The notes under the pieces are model-generated. The model saw only the letters and a program-made list of their open reading frames with translations, was not told the origin of the DNA and did no database searches. Below are positions 1 through 10,465 of a stretch of DNA of 64,000 bases, piece by piece. This DNA is from Candidatus Multivoradales bacterium (GTDB taxonomy: Bacteria > Acidobacteriota > Thermoanaerobaculia > Multivoradales > Multivoraceae). The stretch lies in the NCBI GenBank assembly GCA_965223325.1, contig CBDCWI010000001.1:1248001-1312000 (forward strand), given 5' to 3'. The first letter of the stretch is position 1. The number at the start of each line of letters is the position of its first letter. Made by a program: the position numbers and the translations under genes.

Positions 1-2
1 TG

Positions 3-752
3 CAGTAGCCGATTCGCCTCCTCGGGAAAGGCGCGTGGGCCACAGTAGTCGAACGCTCCCGTCGACGACGCGCAACGCTTGTGCGTCGCAACCCGGAACT
101 CGACGTAATTGCCCACGTACAGATCGAGCAGACCGTCGTCGTCGTAGTCAAAGGCCGTCGCCGCAGCGCTCCACCGCGTGTCGTTGGTGCCACTCGCCTC
201 GGTGATATTGACGAACCTGCCGCCGTCGTTCTGCCACATCTCGTTGTCGGCATGGTTGAGGATGTAGAGGTCGACGAAGCCATCGTTATCGAAGTCGCCG
301 GTCGCGACCCCGGTTGCGTAACCGCGCGCATCGAGCCCAACCTCTGCCGTCACATCGACGAAGGAGAGCGACTGCGGACCCTCCGTCGCATCGAGCTGGT
401 TCTTGAAGAAGCGGTCGGACAAAGCGCCGCTGGGTGGTTCGACCAGCGGATCGCCATCCCCGAGGCTCTGGCCCTGCCCCAGATAGACGTCGAGGTCACC
501 ATCCTGATCGAAGTCGAACAGAGCCACCGCTCCGCCCATGTGCTCGAGAAAGTAGAGCTCGCCCGACATCCCGTTCCAGTGCTCGAAGACCAGGCCGGTC
601 GCCGCCGCCTTCTCCACCAGAACCGGGGTGGGCTGGTCGTCGGCAGTTGCCGCGCGTATGAGGACCAGACCGAATAGTCCGCCCGCGACCAGGGCAGCGA
701 GCATCGCGGCCGTGCGTTGGGTCGTCCGTGGGTCGGGGCGAGAATTCATCAT
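3..752 (-). CDS. CRTAC1/ASPIC-UnbV family FG-GAP repeat protein (5' part; runs off window start)
   Basis: Absent from ORF track. Manual translation from ATG at 752: MMNSRPD...signal...GLVFEHWNGMSGELYFLEHMGGAVALFDFDQDGDLDVYLGQG...KRCASSTGAFDYCGP, homologous to the other CRTAC1 paralogs here. Confidence 0.85.
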   Translation of the reverse strand, partial: MMNSRPDPRTTQRTAAMLAALVAGGLFGLVLIRAATADDQPTPVLVEKAAATGLVFEHWNGMSGELYFLEHMGGAVALFDFDQDGDLDVYLGQGQSLGDGDPLVEPPSGALSDRFFKNQLDATEGPQSLSFVDVTAEVGLDARGYATGVATGDFDNDGFVDLYILNHADNEMWQNDGGRFVNITEASGTNDTRWSAAATAFDYDDDGLLDLYVGNYVEFRVATHKRCASSTGAFDYCGPRAFPEEANRLL

Positions 753-1057
753 GGGCGGATTGGGGCGCTACGGTCCGAACGATCAAGCGACGTTATCAAC
801 TGGAAGGCGCCCGCGGCGCGGCGATCCGTCATTGAATCTCTGATTCCTCGGGCACTTCCAGCGTTCGATTCTCTTTTGCCATCGAAGACGACTCGGACCG
901 GAATTCCACGTTCCAAAGCGCAGTTGAACCCAATCAACCCTTGCCATCCTTCTCCGCTAGCCGCCCGAGGATTCACCATCTCTCACCAGTCCCCATCGCC
1001 TGCCTACCCTGCGGACGAGCTTGCTAACATCCGCGGAACCCCTCTCTGGAGACCAAA

Positions 1058-2710
1058 ATGAAGCCTTGCTCACGATCCGCCGCCAGGCCCGGCCTGCGCG
1101 CCCTCATGATCGCTCTCTTTGTCGGCGCCTTTCTGACTGTTGCCACCGCCGCGCCAACTCTCGCTCAGGAAAAGGCTCGCCTGGTCAACCCCAAGAAGAA
1201 GGACGCCGACCAGAAGGAAGAAGCGGTCGAACCAGCCCCGGCCGAAGCCACGGACGACGAGGCGGAAGCGGCGGAAGCCAAGAACGACGCCAAGGCGGCC
1301 AAACGCGAGCGCCGCCGCGCCGAGAGAGCTGCGGCAGACGAAGCCAAGCGCGAGCGTGAGGCGCAAGAACGCGCCGCCAAGGCAGAACGAGACGCGGCAG
1401 CCCAGGCCGAGCGAGAGCGCGCCGCCAACGAGCGCGCCGCAGAGCGCAGGGCGCGAGCCGAGGAACGCGAGGCGGAGCGCGCCGAAGCCCAGGCCGCCGA
1501 AGCCGCTGCTCAACCTGAAGCCGCCGCCGAGGCGGCGACCAAGGCTCCTCCCCCCGTCATGGCAGCTCCCAAACCCAGCGGCGCCACCCCAATCCCCAAA
1601 GCGCCCGAACCAAGGCGAGCCGCAACCCCGGCGCCGGCCCCTGTACCGGCTCCTGCACCCGCCGCCCGCGATCGGCGTTCGAACCTTCCGGCGCGCTCAC
1701 CTGACGTCGTCGAGGAGACCATCGTCGTCAGCGAGGTGCTGCTCGACGTCCTGGTCACCGATCGCAAAGGCGCAGTCATTCACGGCCTCGGATCAGAAGA
1801 CTTCATCGTCACCGAAGAAGGTCAGGAAGTGCCCGTGACCAGCGTCACTTTCTACGGCACTGAAGAGGAGCTGCAGGGCTCCGGGGTCGGCGAGGAGGCG
1901 CGCTCGGATCGCTACTTCGTCCTGCTCTTCCACGATCAGAAGCAGTCGGCCCCGTTCCTGACCGCGGCGCAGCTCGACGCCGCCCGCTGGACGAAGAAGT
2001 GGATCGAGAACGACCTGCAACCCAACGACCAGGTCGCGGTCATGGGGTACGACGTGCGCCTGAAGCTCTACCAGGACTTCACGCGCGACCCAGCCTTGAT
2101 CGCGCAAGCCGTAGAAGACGCGGCCCTCGGCAAGAAGGAGCCCGTCCGTAGGAACACGCGCTCCGCCCCCGACTTCGACCTCGACAGCCCGTCGCTGTTC
2201 GTGAACCTGCCAACCGACTCGGCGCTCGCCAAGGAAACGCGCAAGATGCAAGAGGCGCTGGCGTTGATCGGGCGCGCCGCCGAACCCATCGTCGGCCGCA
2301 AAAACCTCCTGCTCTATAGCGTCGGGTACGGCGAGATCGACCAGGGTTCACCCCACTGGACCCCGGATCCGCGCTACTACCCTGACATGAAGGAGTCGCT
2401 CAACGACGGCAACATCGCCCTCTACGCAGTCGACATGCAGGGGTCGACCCGCGGCCGACCGGGTGCCGCTCGAATCAACGATTCACTGAGTTCGATCGCC
2501 ACCGACACCGGTGGCCACTACTACTGGAACTTCACCAACCATCGTGTACCGCTGCAGCAGGTCACCAAAGACAACCTCGGCTACTACCTGGTGAGCTACC
2601 AGACTCGCTACCCACGTGGCGAGAAGGGCTACCGCGAGGTCGAGGTCGAAACAAGAGACCGGAGTCACAAGGTGAGAGCCCGCCAGGGGTACCGCTACGG
2701 CGGCAGCTAG
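1058..2710 (+). CDS. VWA domain-containing protein (acidobacterial VWFA-related type) with N-terminal TolA-like A/E/R/K-rich and Pro-rich region
   Basis: Signal peptide; VLLDVLVTDRKG..GL...DF.V.E.G, GRKNLLLYSVG, IATDTGG, YYLVSY, VRARQGY motifs; GGAG RBS. Confidence 0.85.
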   Translation: MKPCSRSAARPGLRALMIALFVGAFLTVATAAPTLAQEKARLVNPKKKDADQKEEAVEPAPAEATDDEAEAAEAKNDAKAAKRERRRAERAAADEAKREREAQERAAKAERDAAAQAERERAANERAAERRARAEEREAERAEAQAAEAAAQPEAAAEAATKAPPPVMAAPKPSGATPIPKAPEPRRAATPAPAPVPAPAPAARDRRSNLPARSPDVVEETIVVSEVLLDVLVTDRKGAVIHGLGSEDFIVTEEGQEVPVTSVTFYGTEEELQGSGVGEEARSDRYFVLLFHDQKQSAPFLTAAQLDAARWTKKWIENDLQPNDQVAVMGYDVRLKLYQDFTRDPALIAQAVEDAALGKKEPVRRNTRSAPDFDLDSPSLFVNLPTDSALAKETRKMQEALALIGRAAEPIVGRKNLLLYSVGYGEIDQGSPHWTPDPRYYPDMKESLNDGNIALYAVDMQGSTRGRPGAARINDSLSSIATDTGGHYYWNFTNHRVPLQQVTKDNLGYYLVSYQTRYPRGEKGYREVEVETRDRSHKVRARQGYRYGGS

Positions 2711-2755
2711 CCGAGAGTCCTTCTCCGGCGGCCCCTCACTGAACGAACTGATCTC

Positions 2756-3301
2756 CTACTCGAGCGTCAGGACCCTGGCTGCCGATACCGGCAAACCGTC
2801 GACGACCGCGACCGGCTTCCATGTTTCGACTTCGTCTCGGCCCTCGCCCTGACGCGTGATCTCGAACCAGCGAGCCTGGCGCAGGGTCACTACGAGATCG
2901 AGCTTGCCATCTGAAGGTGCAGGGCGGTCGCTCTCGGACGTCCAGAAATTGAAGAGTCGAACCGTCGTCGTCTCACCGGCCGGCACTTCCTGGTACCAGA
3001 GCTCCTTGGCGTAGACCTCGAGTGCATCGCCATTGAGAGTGACATCGAAACCCAGTTCGGAGGCCGAGCGGTCGCCGGCATTTCGAATCTCGACCGAAAG
3101 CGTACAAAGCGTATCCGCGCCGGGATTCTCGGGAGAAACATGGACTGCGGCGATCTCGATCTGCGCTGGCTGTGCGGGCGGCGACTCCTGGGCAACGCCA
3201 GGCTCAACACTCGTCGAGAACACGAGGGCGAGCCAGAGGACTCGCCAGGGGGCGGTCTTGTGATGGCGACGAAACGAACCAGGCATCATGGTGGGCATCA
3301 T
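2756..3301 (-). CDS. Secreted hypothetical protein with CARDB/Ig-like domain
   Basis: Signal peptide then VSPENP...LSVEIRNAG...VPAGETTTVR pattern; start trimmed from 3706 to the ATG cluster at 3289-3301. Confidence 0.6.
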   Translation of the reverse strand: MMPTMMPGSFRRHHKTAPWRVLWLALVFSTSVEPGVAQESPPAQPAQIEIAAVHVSPENPGADTLCTLSVEIRNAGDRSASELGFDVTLNGDALEVYAKELWYQEVPAGETTTVRLFNFWTSESDRPAPSDGKLDLVVTLRQARWFEITRQGEGRDEVETWKPVAVVDGLPVSAARVLTLE

Positions 3302-3391
3302 AACGAGGGTGGGGGGCTCGCTGCCCATCCAGCGGAGGGATCCAGCCGTAGAACGAACGTATCCTCCCGAAAGCCCTCCGCGGACAACCCC

Positions 3392-4813
3392 ATGAAAGCA
3401 CAACCCATTCCAATTCCCACGACCGCAACGAGACGGTCGCTCGCCCTTCTCTCTGGAGCTGTGGTTCTCGGAGCCTTGAGCCTCAGCACCCCGGCCAACG
3501 CCCAGCTCTCCACCGACGAGGGCTATCGGCTGGTCCGTGACTTGATGGGAGACAGCAAGAAGATCCGGCGCAAGGCAGCCAACCGGCTCGAGAAGGAAGG
3601 CGGCGCGACCTGGGCCGTTCCTGTGGTCGATGCGCTCTTCTTTACACCCTCCATCAACCGGGCCGAGTCCTTCGCCTTCCTCCGCTCTGTGTCGGGCCAG
3701 AACCACGGCAAGCGCTACCTGGACTGGATCGAGTGGGTCGGCGGTGCGGGACTCGAGCCTCCGCCCGGCTACTACGAGTTCAAGCGTTCTCTCCTCGCGC
3801 GCATCGACCCGCGCTACGAGTCGGTCTTCTACGACGGCGCGCCAATGAAGATTCGCTTCGAAGAGATCGTCTCAGGCGGCGTACGACTGAACGGCATTCC
3901 GGCCATTGTCGACCCCGAACAGGTCGCTGCCGACGATGCCGGCTTCATGGCGGCGCGTGATCGCGTCTTCGGCGTCGTCGTCGGTGACGATGTGCGCGCC
4001 TATCCGGTGAAGGTGCTCAGTTGGCACGAGATGCTCAACGACATCGTGGGCGGCGAGCCCATCATGATCTCCTACTGCACCCTGTGCGGTTCGGCGGTTC
4101 TCTACAAAACCGCAGCACCCAACGGCAAGCGCATCGGGTTTGGCACTTCGGGACTGCTCTACCGATCCAACAAACTGATGTTCGACCAGTCGACGCTCAG
4201 TCTGTGGAACAACCTCACCGGAGAGGCCGTCGTGGGCCGGAAAGCCGTCGCGAACTCGCGTCTCGAGATGCTACCGATCGTTTTGACGACCTGGGCAAAG
4301 TGGAAGGACCGACATCCGGAAACCACGATCATGAAGCCGGATCCCGACCTCGAGCGCCAGTGGGGCTTTCGCTATCTCGAAGGCGCGGCCGAGCGAGCGC
4401 GGACCGGCGTATCGTTTCCGGTCTGGCAAAAGAGTGACGCCCTGGCCGGCAACACCGAGGTCTTCGTCCTGCGCGCCGGCTCGGCCACCAGGGCCTGGCC
4501 GCTCGAGCCACTCGCCCGCCGCGGCCTGTTGAATGACCGGGTCGGCGCTCTCGCCGTTCTCCTCCTCGCCGACGAGGCCGGAGGCGTCCGAGCCTACGCG
4601 CGCTCCGACATCTCGTTTTCGATGAAAGACGGCGTCCTGGTCGACGATGACGGCCAACCCTGGAAGATCACCAGCGACCGACTGGAGCCGCCAGGCAACG
4701 AGCAGCGCGCCGATCTCGAAACCCCGGCCAGCTTCGAACGACTTCCTGGCCATGTGGCGTACTGGTTCGGTTGGTACGGCATGGAGCCGGACACGGAGTT
4801 GTGGACTCCTTAG
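3392..4813 (+). CDS. DUF3179 domain-containing secreted protein
   Basis: GG...GIPAI, RAYP...L.WHEMLND, SYCTLCGS, FGTSGLLYRSNKLMFD, YWFGW motifs; signal peptide after ATG 3392. Confidence 0.85.
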   Translation: MKAQPIPIPTTATRRSLALLSGAVVLGALSLSTPANAQLSTDEGYRLVRDLMGDSKKIRRKAANRLEKEGGATWAVPVVDALFFTPSINRAESFAFLRSVSGQNHGKRYLDWIEWVGGAGLEPPPGYYEFKRSLLARIDPRYESVFYDGAPMKIRFEEIVSGGVRLNGIPAIVDPEQVAADDAGFMAARDRVFGVVVGDDVRAYPVKVLSWHEMLNDIVGGEPIMISYCTLCGSAVLYKTAAPNGKRIGFGTSGLLYRSNKLMFDQSTLSLWNNLTGEAVVGRKAVANSRLEMLPIVLTTWAKWKDRHPETTIMKPDPDLERQWGFRYLEGAAERARTGVSFPVWQKSDALAGNTEVFVLRAGSATRAWPLEPLARRGLLNDRVGALAVLLLADEAGGVRAYARSDISFSMKDGVLVDDDGQPWKITSDRLEPPGNEQRADLETPASFERLPGHVAYWFGWYGMEPDTELWTP

Positions 4814-4823
4814 CCGAGGGACG

Positions 4824-6314
4824 TCAGCGTTCGATCACGATCGCCTTCTTGCCCACCACCTTCTCGAGTGCCGGTTCACCTTCATCGATCGCTGACCACG
4901 GACCAACGACGAGGACCCGCAGCGCACGCGGGTCGAGGTAGCGGCGGGCGACGTTTTGAACCTGCTTTGCTGTGACGCGGGAGATGTCTCGGCGCCAGGT
5001 CTGCCAGGTCTCGTGCGGGCGCCCGATGAGCTCGTCCTCGGCGTAACGACCGGCAACGTCTTCCGCCGAATCGAAGAGCAACGGGAACGCATCGATCATT
5101 GTCGCTTTCGCGAGCTCGACCTCGTTCTCCGGAACCAGCTCGGTACGCATCTGGGAAACCGTCTCGATCGCCACCTCGACGGCGGCCGCAGCCGAGCCGG
5201 GATCGGTCTCGAGAAAGACCTCGAAGTCACCCTCGGACTCGGTCCCGATACCGAACCCCGCCGATACCCGATAGACCAGTGAGCGCTCCCCGCGCAGGTG
5301 CGCCCGCAAGCGCGAAACAGCTCCACCACCACCCAGGACCTCGGCCATGACCAGAAGGGCCGGGCGATCGCGGTGGCCCCACTCGAGCCTGGCGCCGGGG
5401 TGTCCGAGGGTGATCTTGGCCTGATCGGTGGTGTGCTCACGACGATAGAGGCCAGGGGCCCGAGCCGTCCTGGGAACGGCAGGTCGTACGGTCTCTGGGC
5501 TGGCGGCAGATTGCCGATCGGACTGCGACAGGCTTTCCTCGACGTGCTCCGTAAAGTGCTCCTCGAGGAGCGCGAGCACGGTCTCGGCCTTCACCGCTCC
5601 GGCGACCGCGATGACCATGTTCTCTGGTCGATAGTGGCGACGATGGAACGCAGTCATCGAGTCGCGCGAGATACGGGAGAGTGATTGGGCACTGACCCGC
5701 CGCACTTCGGGGTGCGCGGCTCCCCAGAGCAGCACTCCCCACTCCCGCTCGAGCACACGAAGCGGGCTGTCATTCTCTTGAGCGAGGCTCTGCAGCAGAT
5801 TGCGTTTCGCGAGTTCGAGACGATCGCTCTCGAAGCGCGGAACGAGCAGTGCATCGGCCAGCAAAGCCAGGGCACGATCGAGGTGCTCGGGCGAGCAGTC
5901 CAGTGAGACTCCCGAGCGCCTGTGGCCACCGAACGAGTCGATGTCAGCGCCCAGGAAATCTACCGCTTCGTCGAACTCCAGCGCTGAGAGCTGACCGGCA
6001 CCACCGCGACGCAGCATGGCGCCGGTCAAAGAGGCCAGCCCGACCGCCTCCGGCGGATCGAGAACTCCACCCACACGAACCGCAACGGACACTTCGACCA
6101 GCGGAACACTCCAGTCCGAAACCACCCAGACTGGGGTGCCACTCGACAATTCGAAACGCAGACCATCAACCGGTGGCGGGTCGAACTCCAGGGCTGGCAG
6201 GTCAAGCTCGTCCGGTCGACGCGGAATCGACATTTCCTCGGCGCTCACCGGAACCAGGCCAACAAGCGCTCCCAAGAAGAGCGACAGAGCCAGCGAACCG
6301 AGAGCCCGGCTCAT
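4824..6314 (-). CDS. M16 (pitrilysin) family peptidase, non-catalytic partner subunit
   Basis: M16 N- and C-domain motifs (GLASLTGAMLRRG, FHRRHYRPENMVIAVAG); no HxxEH; ATGA overlap with upstream gene. Confidence 0.85.
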   Translation of the reverse strand: MSRALGSLALSLFLGALVGLVPVSAEEMSIPRRPDELDLPALEFDPPPVDGLRFELSSGTPVWVVSDWSVPLVEVSVAVRVGGVLDPPEAVGLASLTGAMLRRGGAGQLSALEFDEAVDFLGADIDSFGGHRRSGVSLDCSPEHLDRALALLADALLVPRFESDRLELAKRNLLQSLAQENDSPLRVLEREWGVLLWGAAHPEVRRVSAQSLSRISRDSMTAFHRRHYRPENMVIAVAGAVKAETVLALLEEHFTEHVEESLSQSDRQSAASPETVRPAVPRTARAPGLYRREHTTDQAKITLGHPGARLEWGHRDRPALLVMAEVLGGGGAVSRLRAHLRGERSLVYRVSAGFGIGTESEGDFEVFLETDPGSAAAAVEVAIETVSQMRTELVPENEVELAKATMIDAFPLLFDSAEDVAGRYAEDELIGRPHETWQTWRRDISRVTAKQVQNVARRYLDPRALRVLVVGPWSAIDEGEPALEKVVGKKAIVIER

Positions 6315-7903
6315 GGCGAGGAGCCCTCGCGTTCGAGGATGAGGGTTGCCGCGCGTTCCGGCTGAAGGTAGGTGCCCACGACCCGCTGCACATCCTCAGG
6401 CGTCACAGCGCGTGCCGCCTGTGGACCCTTCTGGAGCCAGCGCCAGTCCGAGAGCGCCTCGAAGACCACCAGGCGCAACGCGAACTCGAGCGGTTCCTCA
6501 ACCTGACGGGCGGAGTCTGTAACCAGCCGGTTCTGGACCTTCAAAAGCTCGGTCGCTGATACTTCTTCGCCGGCCAGCCGGTCGAGTTCGGCTCGCATCA
6601 CCTCGAGAACCTGTTCGGCCGACGCCCCGTCGCGCAGCTCGGCGAGCACCGAAAACGAGCCGGCATGACGGAGGGGAGCGTGCTCGGCAGTGACGCTGAT
6701 CGCCGTCTCGCGCTCGAGCACCAGGGCCTTCTGCAGCCGACCCGTGCGCCCGGCGAGCAGCCGTGCCACCACGTCGAGCGCGGCGGCGTCGGGATGGCCA
6801 AACGGCACCGTCTCGAAGCGCAGTTCTGCCGACCCGGCGCAGGCACAGCGGGCCCACATGTCGAGTTCCGGTAGGTGACGAAGGGCAGCAAACCGCCCCT
6901 CCCCGGGGGGTAACTCGGGCTCCGCCGAAGCCCCGCCCTTCGACGAGGCGCCCTCTTGTTCACCGGTTCGATCGAAAGCCTTCGGCAGACGACCGAAGTA
7001 GGCCTTCGCCCAGCGTTCGACCTTCGCACGATCGAAGTCGCCGACGATTGCCGCAACCAGCCGATCGGGACGGTAGTTGTTCTCGAAAAAGCGCAGCGCC
7101 TCGGGCCGGCCGAGTTTCTGCAGGTCTTCTTCGATGCCGATCGACGGCCAGGAGTACGGGTGCCCCGGCCCCCAGAAGGCGCGGCTGAACTGCTCACGCT
7201 CTTCGCCACCCGGCACCGAAGCAATGCGTTGGCGGCGCTCCTCGCTGATCACCTGCAGTTCCTCGAACACCTCACGCAAACGCGGTTCGAGCAAGCGATT
7301 CGACTCCATCCAGAACCACAGTTCGAGGCGCGGCGCCGGCAAGACGAGCCAGTAGGCGGTGAGATCACGCCTGGTCATGGCGTTGACGCCGCGCGCACCC
7401 GAACGCGTGTAGAGGTAGGCGAACTCACCCTTTATGTGAAGGTCGCGCAGTTGAAGCGCCAGCCGCCTGGCGCGCTTGACCAGCGTTTCACGGGTATCTG
7501 CGTCGAGCTGCGGATCGCGCAGTTGTCGAAGCAAGGCGTCCTGCCGTTCGAGCAGCTTGAGCTCGCGCGTCGGTTCGCGAGTTCCGATGGTCGCGGTACC
7601 GTTGAACATGACGTGCTCGAGCAAATGAGCCAGGCCGGTCGACCCCGGTTCTTCGTCGGCTGAACCGGCGCGGACAGCCCAGGCGGTTGCGGTCATCGGC
7701 AGCCCAGGGCGCTCGACGAGCAAGAAGGTCATCCCGTTCTCGAGCACGAAGGAGTCAATCGGTGCAAAGTCGCCGGCAGAAGCCGGAAGCGACGGGTCGC
7801 CCTCTCCACTCTCGGTATTGGCCTGTGCCTCGGTGCGCGCCGCCAACGCAGCAACCATGAGCATGAACAGAACCACGAGCCCCGCTGGTTTGTGCAAGCT
7901 CAC
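6311..7903 (-). CDS. M16 (pitrilysin) family zinc peptidase, catalytic subunit
   Basis: GSADE..G.TGLAHLLEHVMFNGT (HxxEH), EERRQR, HPYSWPSIG; GTG start at 7903 overlaps the upstream stop. Confidence 0.9.
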   Translation of the reverse strand: MSLHKPAGLVVLFMLMVAALAARTEAQANTESGEGDPSLPASAGDFAPIDSFVLENGMTFLLVERPGLPMTATAWAVRAGSADEEPGSTGLAHLLEHVMFNGTATIGTREPTRELKLLERQDALLRQLRDPQLDADTRETLVKRARRLALQLRDLHIKGEFAYLYTRSGARGVNAMTRRDLTAYWLVLPAPRLELWFWMESNRLLEPRLREVFEELQVISEERRQRIASVPGGEEREQFSRAFWGPGHPYSWPSIGIEEDLQKLGRPEALRFFENNYRPDRLVAAIVGDFDRAKVERWAKAYFGRLPKAFDRTGEQEGASSKGGASAEPELPPGEGRFAALRHLPELDMWARCACAGSAELRFETVPFGHPDAAALDVVARLLAGRTGRLQKALVLERETAISVTAEHAPLRHAGSFSVLAELRDGASAEQVLEVMRAELDRLAGEEVSATELLKVQNRLVTDSARQVEEPLEFALRLVVFEALSDWRWLQKGPQAARAVTPEDVQRVVGTYLQPERAATLILEREGSSP

Positions 7904-9663
7904 CGGGACTCCACCATGTGCAAGTAGCGCCCGGCGGGGGGCTCGAGGACTCGACGCTTGCGACCGTCGGGCCATGCGACCTCGACAGCCGACGGTCTCT
8001 GTCCGGCCTCACCGAGCCCAAAGAGTTGGCGGCGGTCGCTCGATGCCTGGTAGCTACCACCTGCGATCACCCAACGGCGGGCGATCGACCGCGCCGCCTC
8101 TCCGGCCCCGCCGGCGTCCGCGCCCCATTCGAGAGTCACCTGCGCTCCGAGGCTTTCCGTGTTGGGACTCCGACCCTCGAGCGCGACCCCGAGCCAGGCG
8201 TCTTTCGCCTCTCGGCGGTTGATCAACAGGACCGGCGAGCCACCGTTCTCGGTCACCAGGAGATCGAGATCACCGTCGTTGTCGAAGTCGGCCCCTGCGG
8301 CAGCGCGTGAGACCCCGGCTGAAAAGTCGGCCACGACGCAAGGCGACGCTTCGAAGCCTCCTTGCCCGTTTCCCAGCAAGAGAGCGTCGGGCTGCGCGAA
8401 CGACACGTTCTCGCGGGCCGGGCGTTCGAAGATGTGACCATTGGCAACGAACAGGTCGATGGCTCCGTCGAGGTTGAAGTCACCCGCCACCAGACCGAAG
8501 CCAAGCCGATTGAACGACGGCGGACCGAAGCCGCTGGCAGCCGAGGCGTCATCGAAGAACAGGCCACCCAGGTTGCGGTAGAGGGTGTTGGTTTCGACGT
8601 CGAAGTTGGTGACCGCCAGGTCAGGATCGCCGTCGCCCTCGGCATCGAAGAGCGCCAGGCCCATGCCGGCCTCGGGCTTTCCCACCGCGTCGACCGCAGC
8701 GCCTGAAAGCAACGAAACGTCGTCAAAGGTGCCATCACCGCGCCCCCGGAAGAGGAAGTTCGGGGTGAGGTCGTTGGCAACGTAAATATCGAGGTGACGG
8801 TCACCGTCGAGGTCGGCCAGCAGCACACCGAGGCCCTTTCCTCGAGCGCCCGCCAGGCCCGCTGCCTGCGACCTGTCAACGAAGTGACCGTCGCCCCGGT
8901 TGATGAGGAGCCGATCGGCCTGCCCCTCGAAGAGAGCGGGATCGCAGTAGTCGCGCCGGCCCGAGGCTCGGTCGCCGCAGAACAGGTCGGCCGCCTCGTC
9001 GTAATCGAGATAGTGAACGACATAGAGATCGATCCAGGCGTCCCCGTTCAGGTCCCCGGCCGCAATCGCAGACGACCAGGGCCGGGCGCTAGACGGCGTC
9101 GGATCCGTCAGGCGGTCGCTCGCCAACTCGAAGCTTCCCGCCTGATTGATCAGGAGCTCGGTTCCGCCGAAGTGGGCGAGCACCAGATCGCGGTCGCGAT
9201 CTCCGTCGACATCGACGGCCAACACACCCTGGCCATAGCCGGTGTCGCTCGGTGCCACTCCGGGTACTGGCACCAGGCGCCCGCGACCGCGATTGGCCAA
9301 CAGTTGGTGCCCGTGGGCTCCGCTGTCGTTGCCAGTGCCGGCGGTCGACGTTGAACCGGGAAGTTCGCCCGACTGGACGAGGAAGAGGTCGAGCAGGCCG
9401 TCGCCATCGCGGTCGACCCAGGCCGCCCCTGCACCCATGGTTTCCGGCAGGTGACGATCACCGCGGTCGCCGCGGCGATGCTCGAAAGACTCGAGCACGC
9501 GCGCCTCGAACAACGCCTGGTCGCTCCGGCACGGGTCCTCCGCCGCCGCCCCTTCTGGCAGCAAGATCGAGCCAGCGAGACAACTGACGGCAATCGGCGC
9601 AAGAAGCGCCAAGCCAGGCGCCGCTGTGAAGGAACGACCGCGCATTCCCTGATTATCGTTCAT
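7900..9663 (-). CDS. CRTAC1/ASPIC-UnbV family protein
   Basis: HLPETMGAGAAWVD.DGDG, several DxDxDG repeats, GGSYQASSD.RQLFGLG C-terminal ASPIC/UnbV motif. Confidence 0.9.
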   Translation of the reverse strand: MNDNQGMRGRSFTAAPGLALLAPIAVSCLAGSILLPEGAAAEDPCRSDQALFEARVLESFEHRRGDRGDRHLPETMGAGAAWVDRDGDGLLDLFLVQSGELPGSTSTAGTGNDSGAHGHQLLANRGRGRLVPVPGVAPSDTGYGQGVLAVDVDGDRDRDLVLAHFGGTELLINQAGSFELASDRLTDPTPSSARPWSSAIAAGDLNGDAWIDLYVVHYLDYDEAADLFCGDRASGRRDYCDPALFEGQADRLLINRGDGHFVDRSQAAGLAGARGKGLGVLLADLDGDRHLDIYVANDLTPNFLFRGRGDGTFDDVSLLSGAAVDAVGKPEAGMGLALFDAEGDGDPDLAVTNFDVETNTLYRNLGGLFFDDASAASGFGPPSFNRLGFGLVAGDFNLDGAIDLFVANGHIFERPARENVSFAQPDALLLGNGQGGFEASPCVVADFSAGVSRAAAGADFDNDGDLDLLVTENGGSPVLLINRREAKDAWLGVALEGRSPNTESLGAQVTLEWGADAGGAGEAARSIARRWVIAGGSYQASSDRRQLFGLGEAGQRPSAVEVAWPDGRKRRVLEPPAGRYLHMVESR

Positions 9664-9827
9664 CTGAAGTCGTCGCGAATCGTGCTCCCCGACGTGCCAG
9701 CCAAGCGCCGACTGGTATCGTTCGTGGAACGCCTTTTACAAGTCCGTTTTCAATCTTCCGAATGTCGCAGCACCACAACGCTGCGCGCCTCGTTGCGCAC
9801 TGGCAGGCCGACAGAGGAACGATTCCT

Positions 9828-10364
9828 ATGGCCTCAACGACTTCTCAGGAAGGAGCAACCCTGAGCTACCAAGAACCAAGAATGCGTCAGCTCGTCGACT
9901 GGAGCGCAGCCTTCCAGGCCGGCTTCCTGGCCGGGCTGGCTTTCCTGCTCGTCAACCTCTTCGTCATCCCAGCAGTCATCGGTGGCAATGCCTGGATCAT
10001 GATCCGGCTCGCGGCCTCCGTTCTACTCGGCGACACGATCCTCGCTCCGCCCGCCACTTTCGACCTGTCGGCACTGGCGGCTGGATTGCTCGTCCACTTC
10101 ACCCTCTCGGTGCTCTTCGCCTTGTTCATCGCCTTCTGCCTGCACCGCTGGGGAATCGTCGTTGGCATCGTCGGCGGGGCTCTGTTCGGGCTGGCGCTCT
10201 ACGGCATCAACTTCTACACCCTGACGATGCCCGACCTCTACCCGTGGTTCTATCCCTTCCGCGGCGTTCCCATGGCGCTCTCGCACGTCCTCTTCGGCGC
10301 CCTCGCCGGCGGCATCTACGAAGCGCTCGAGGTCGAAGAGTTCGTGCCGGTCGAAGAAAGTTGA
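9828..10364 (+). CDS. Hypothetical membrane protein (about 4 TM)
   Basis: Hydrophobic segments with intramembrane His (LLVHF, LSHVLFG); GAGG RBS before ATG 9828. Confidence 0.7.
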   Translation: MASTTSQEGATLSYQEPRMRQLVDWSAAFQAGFLAGLAFLLVNLFVIPAVIGGNAWIMIRLAASVLLGDTILAPPATFDLSALAAGLLVHFTLSVLFALFIAFCLHRWGIVVGIVGGALFGLALYGINFYTLTMPDLYPWFYPFRGVPMALSHVLFGALAGGIYEALEVEEFVPVEES

Positions 10365-10465
10365 AGCTCTAGGTTCCGCCGCGGCGTGACACTGCCGCCC
10401 ACCGCACCCACCCGACTCACGAAGAAACCTCCCCGCGCCCTATTCCTCCCGAGAGGAGCTCCGCC

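Noticed and set aside
3392-4813. Selenoprotein form of DUF3179
   Set aside because: The motif is a plain CxxC (CTLC) with no in-frame TGA
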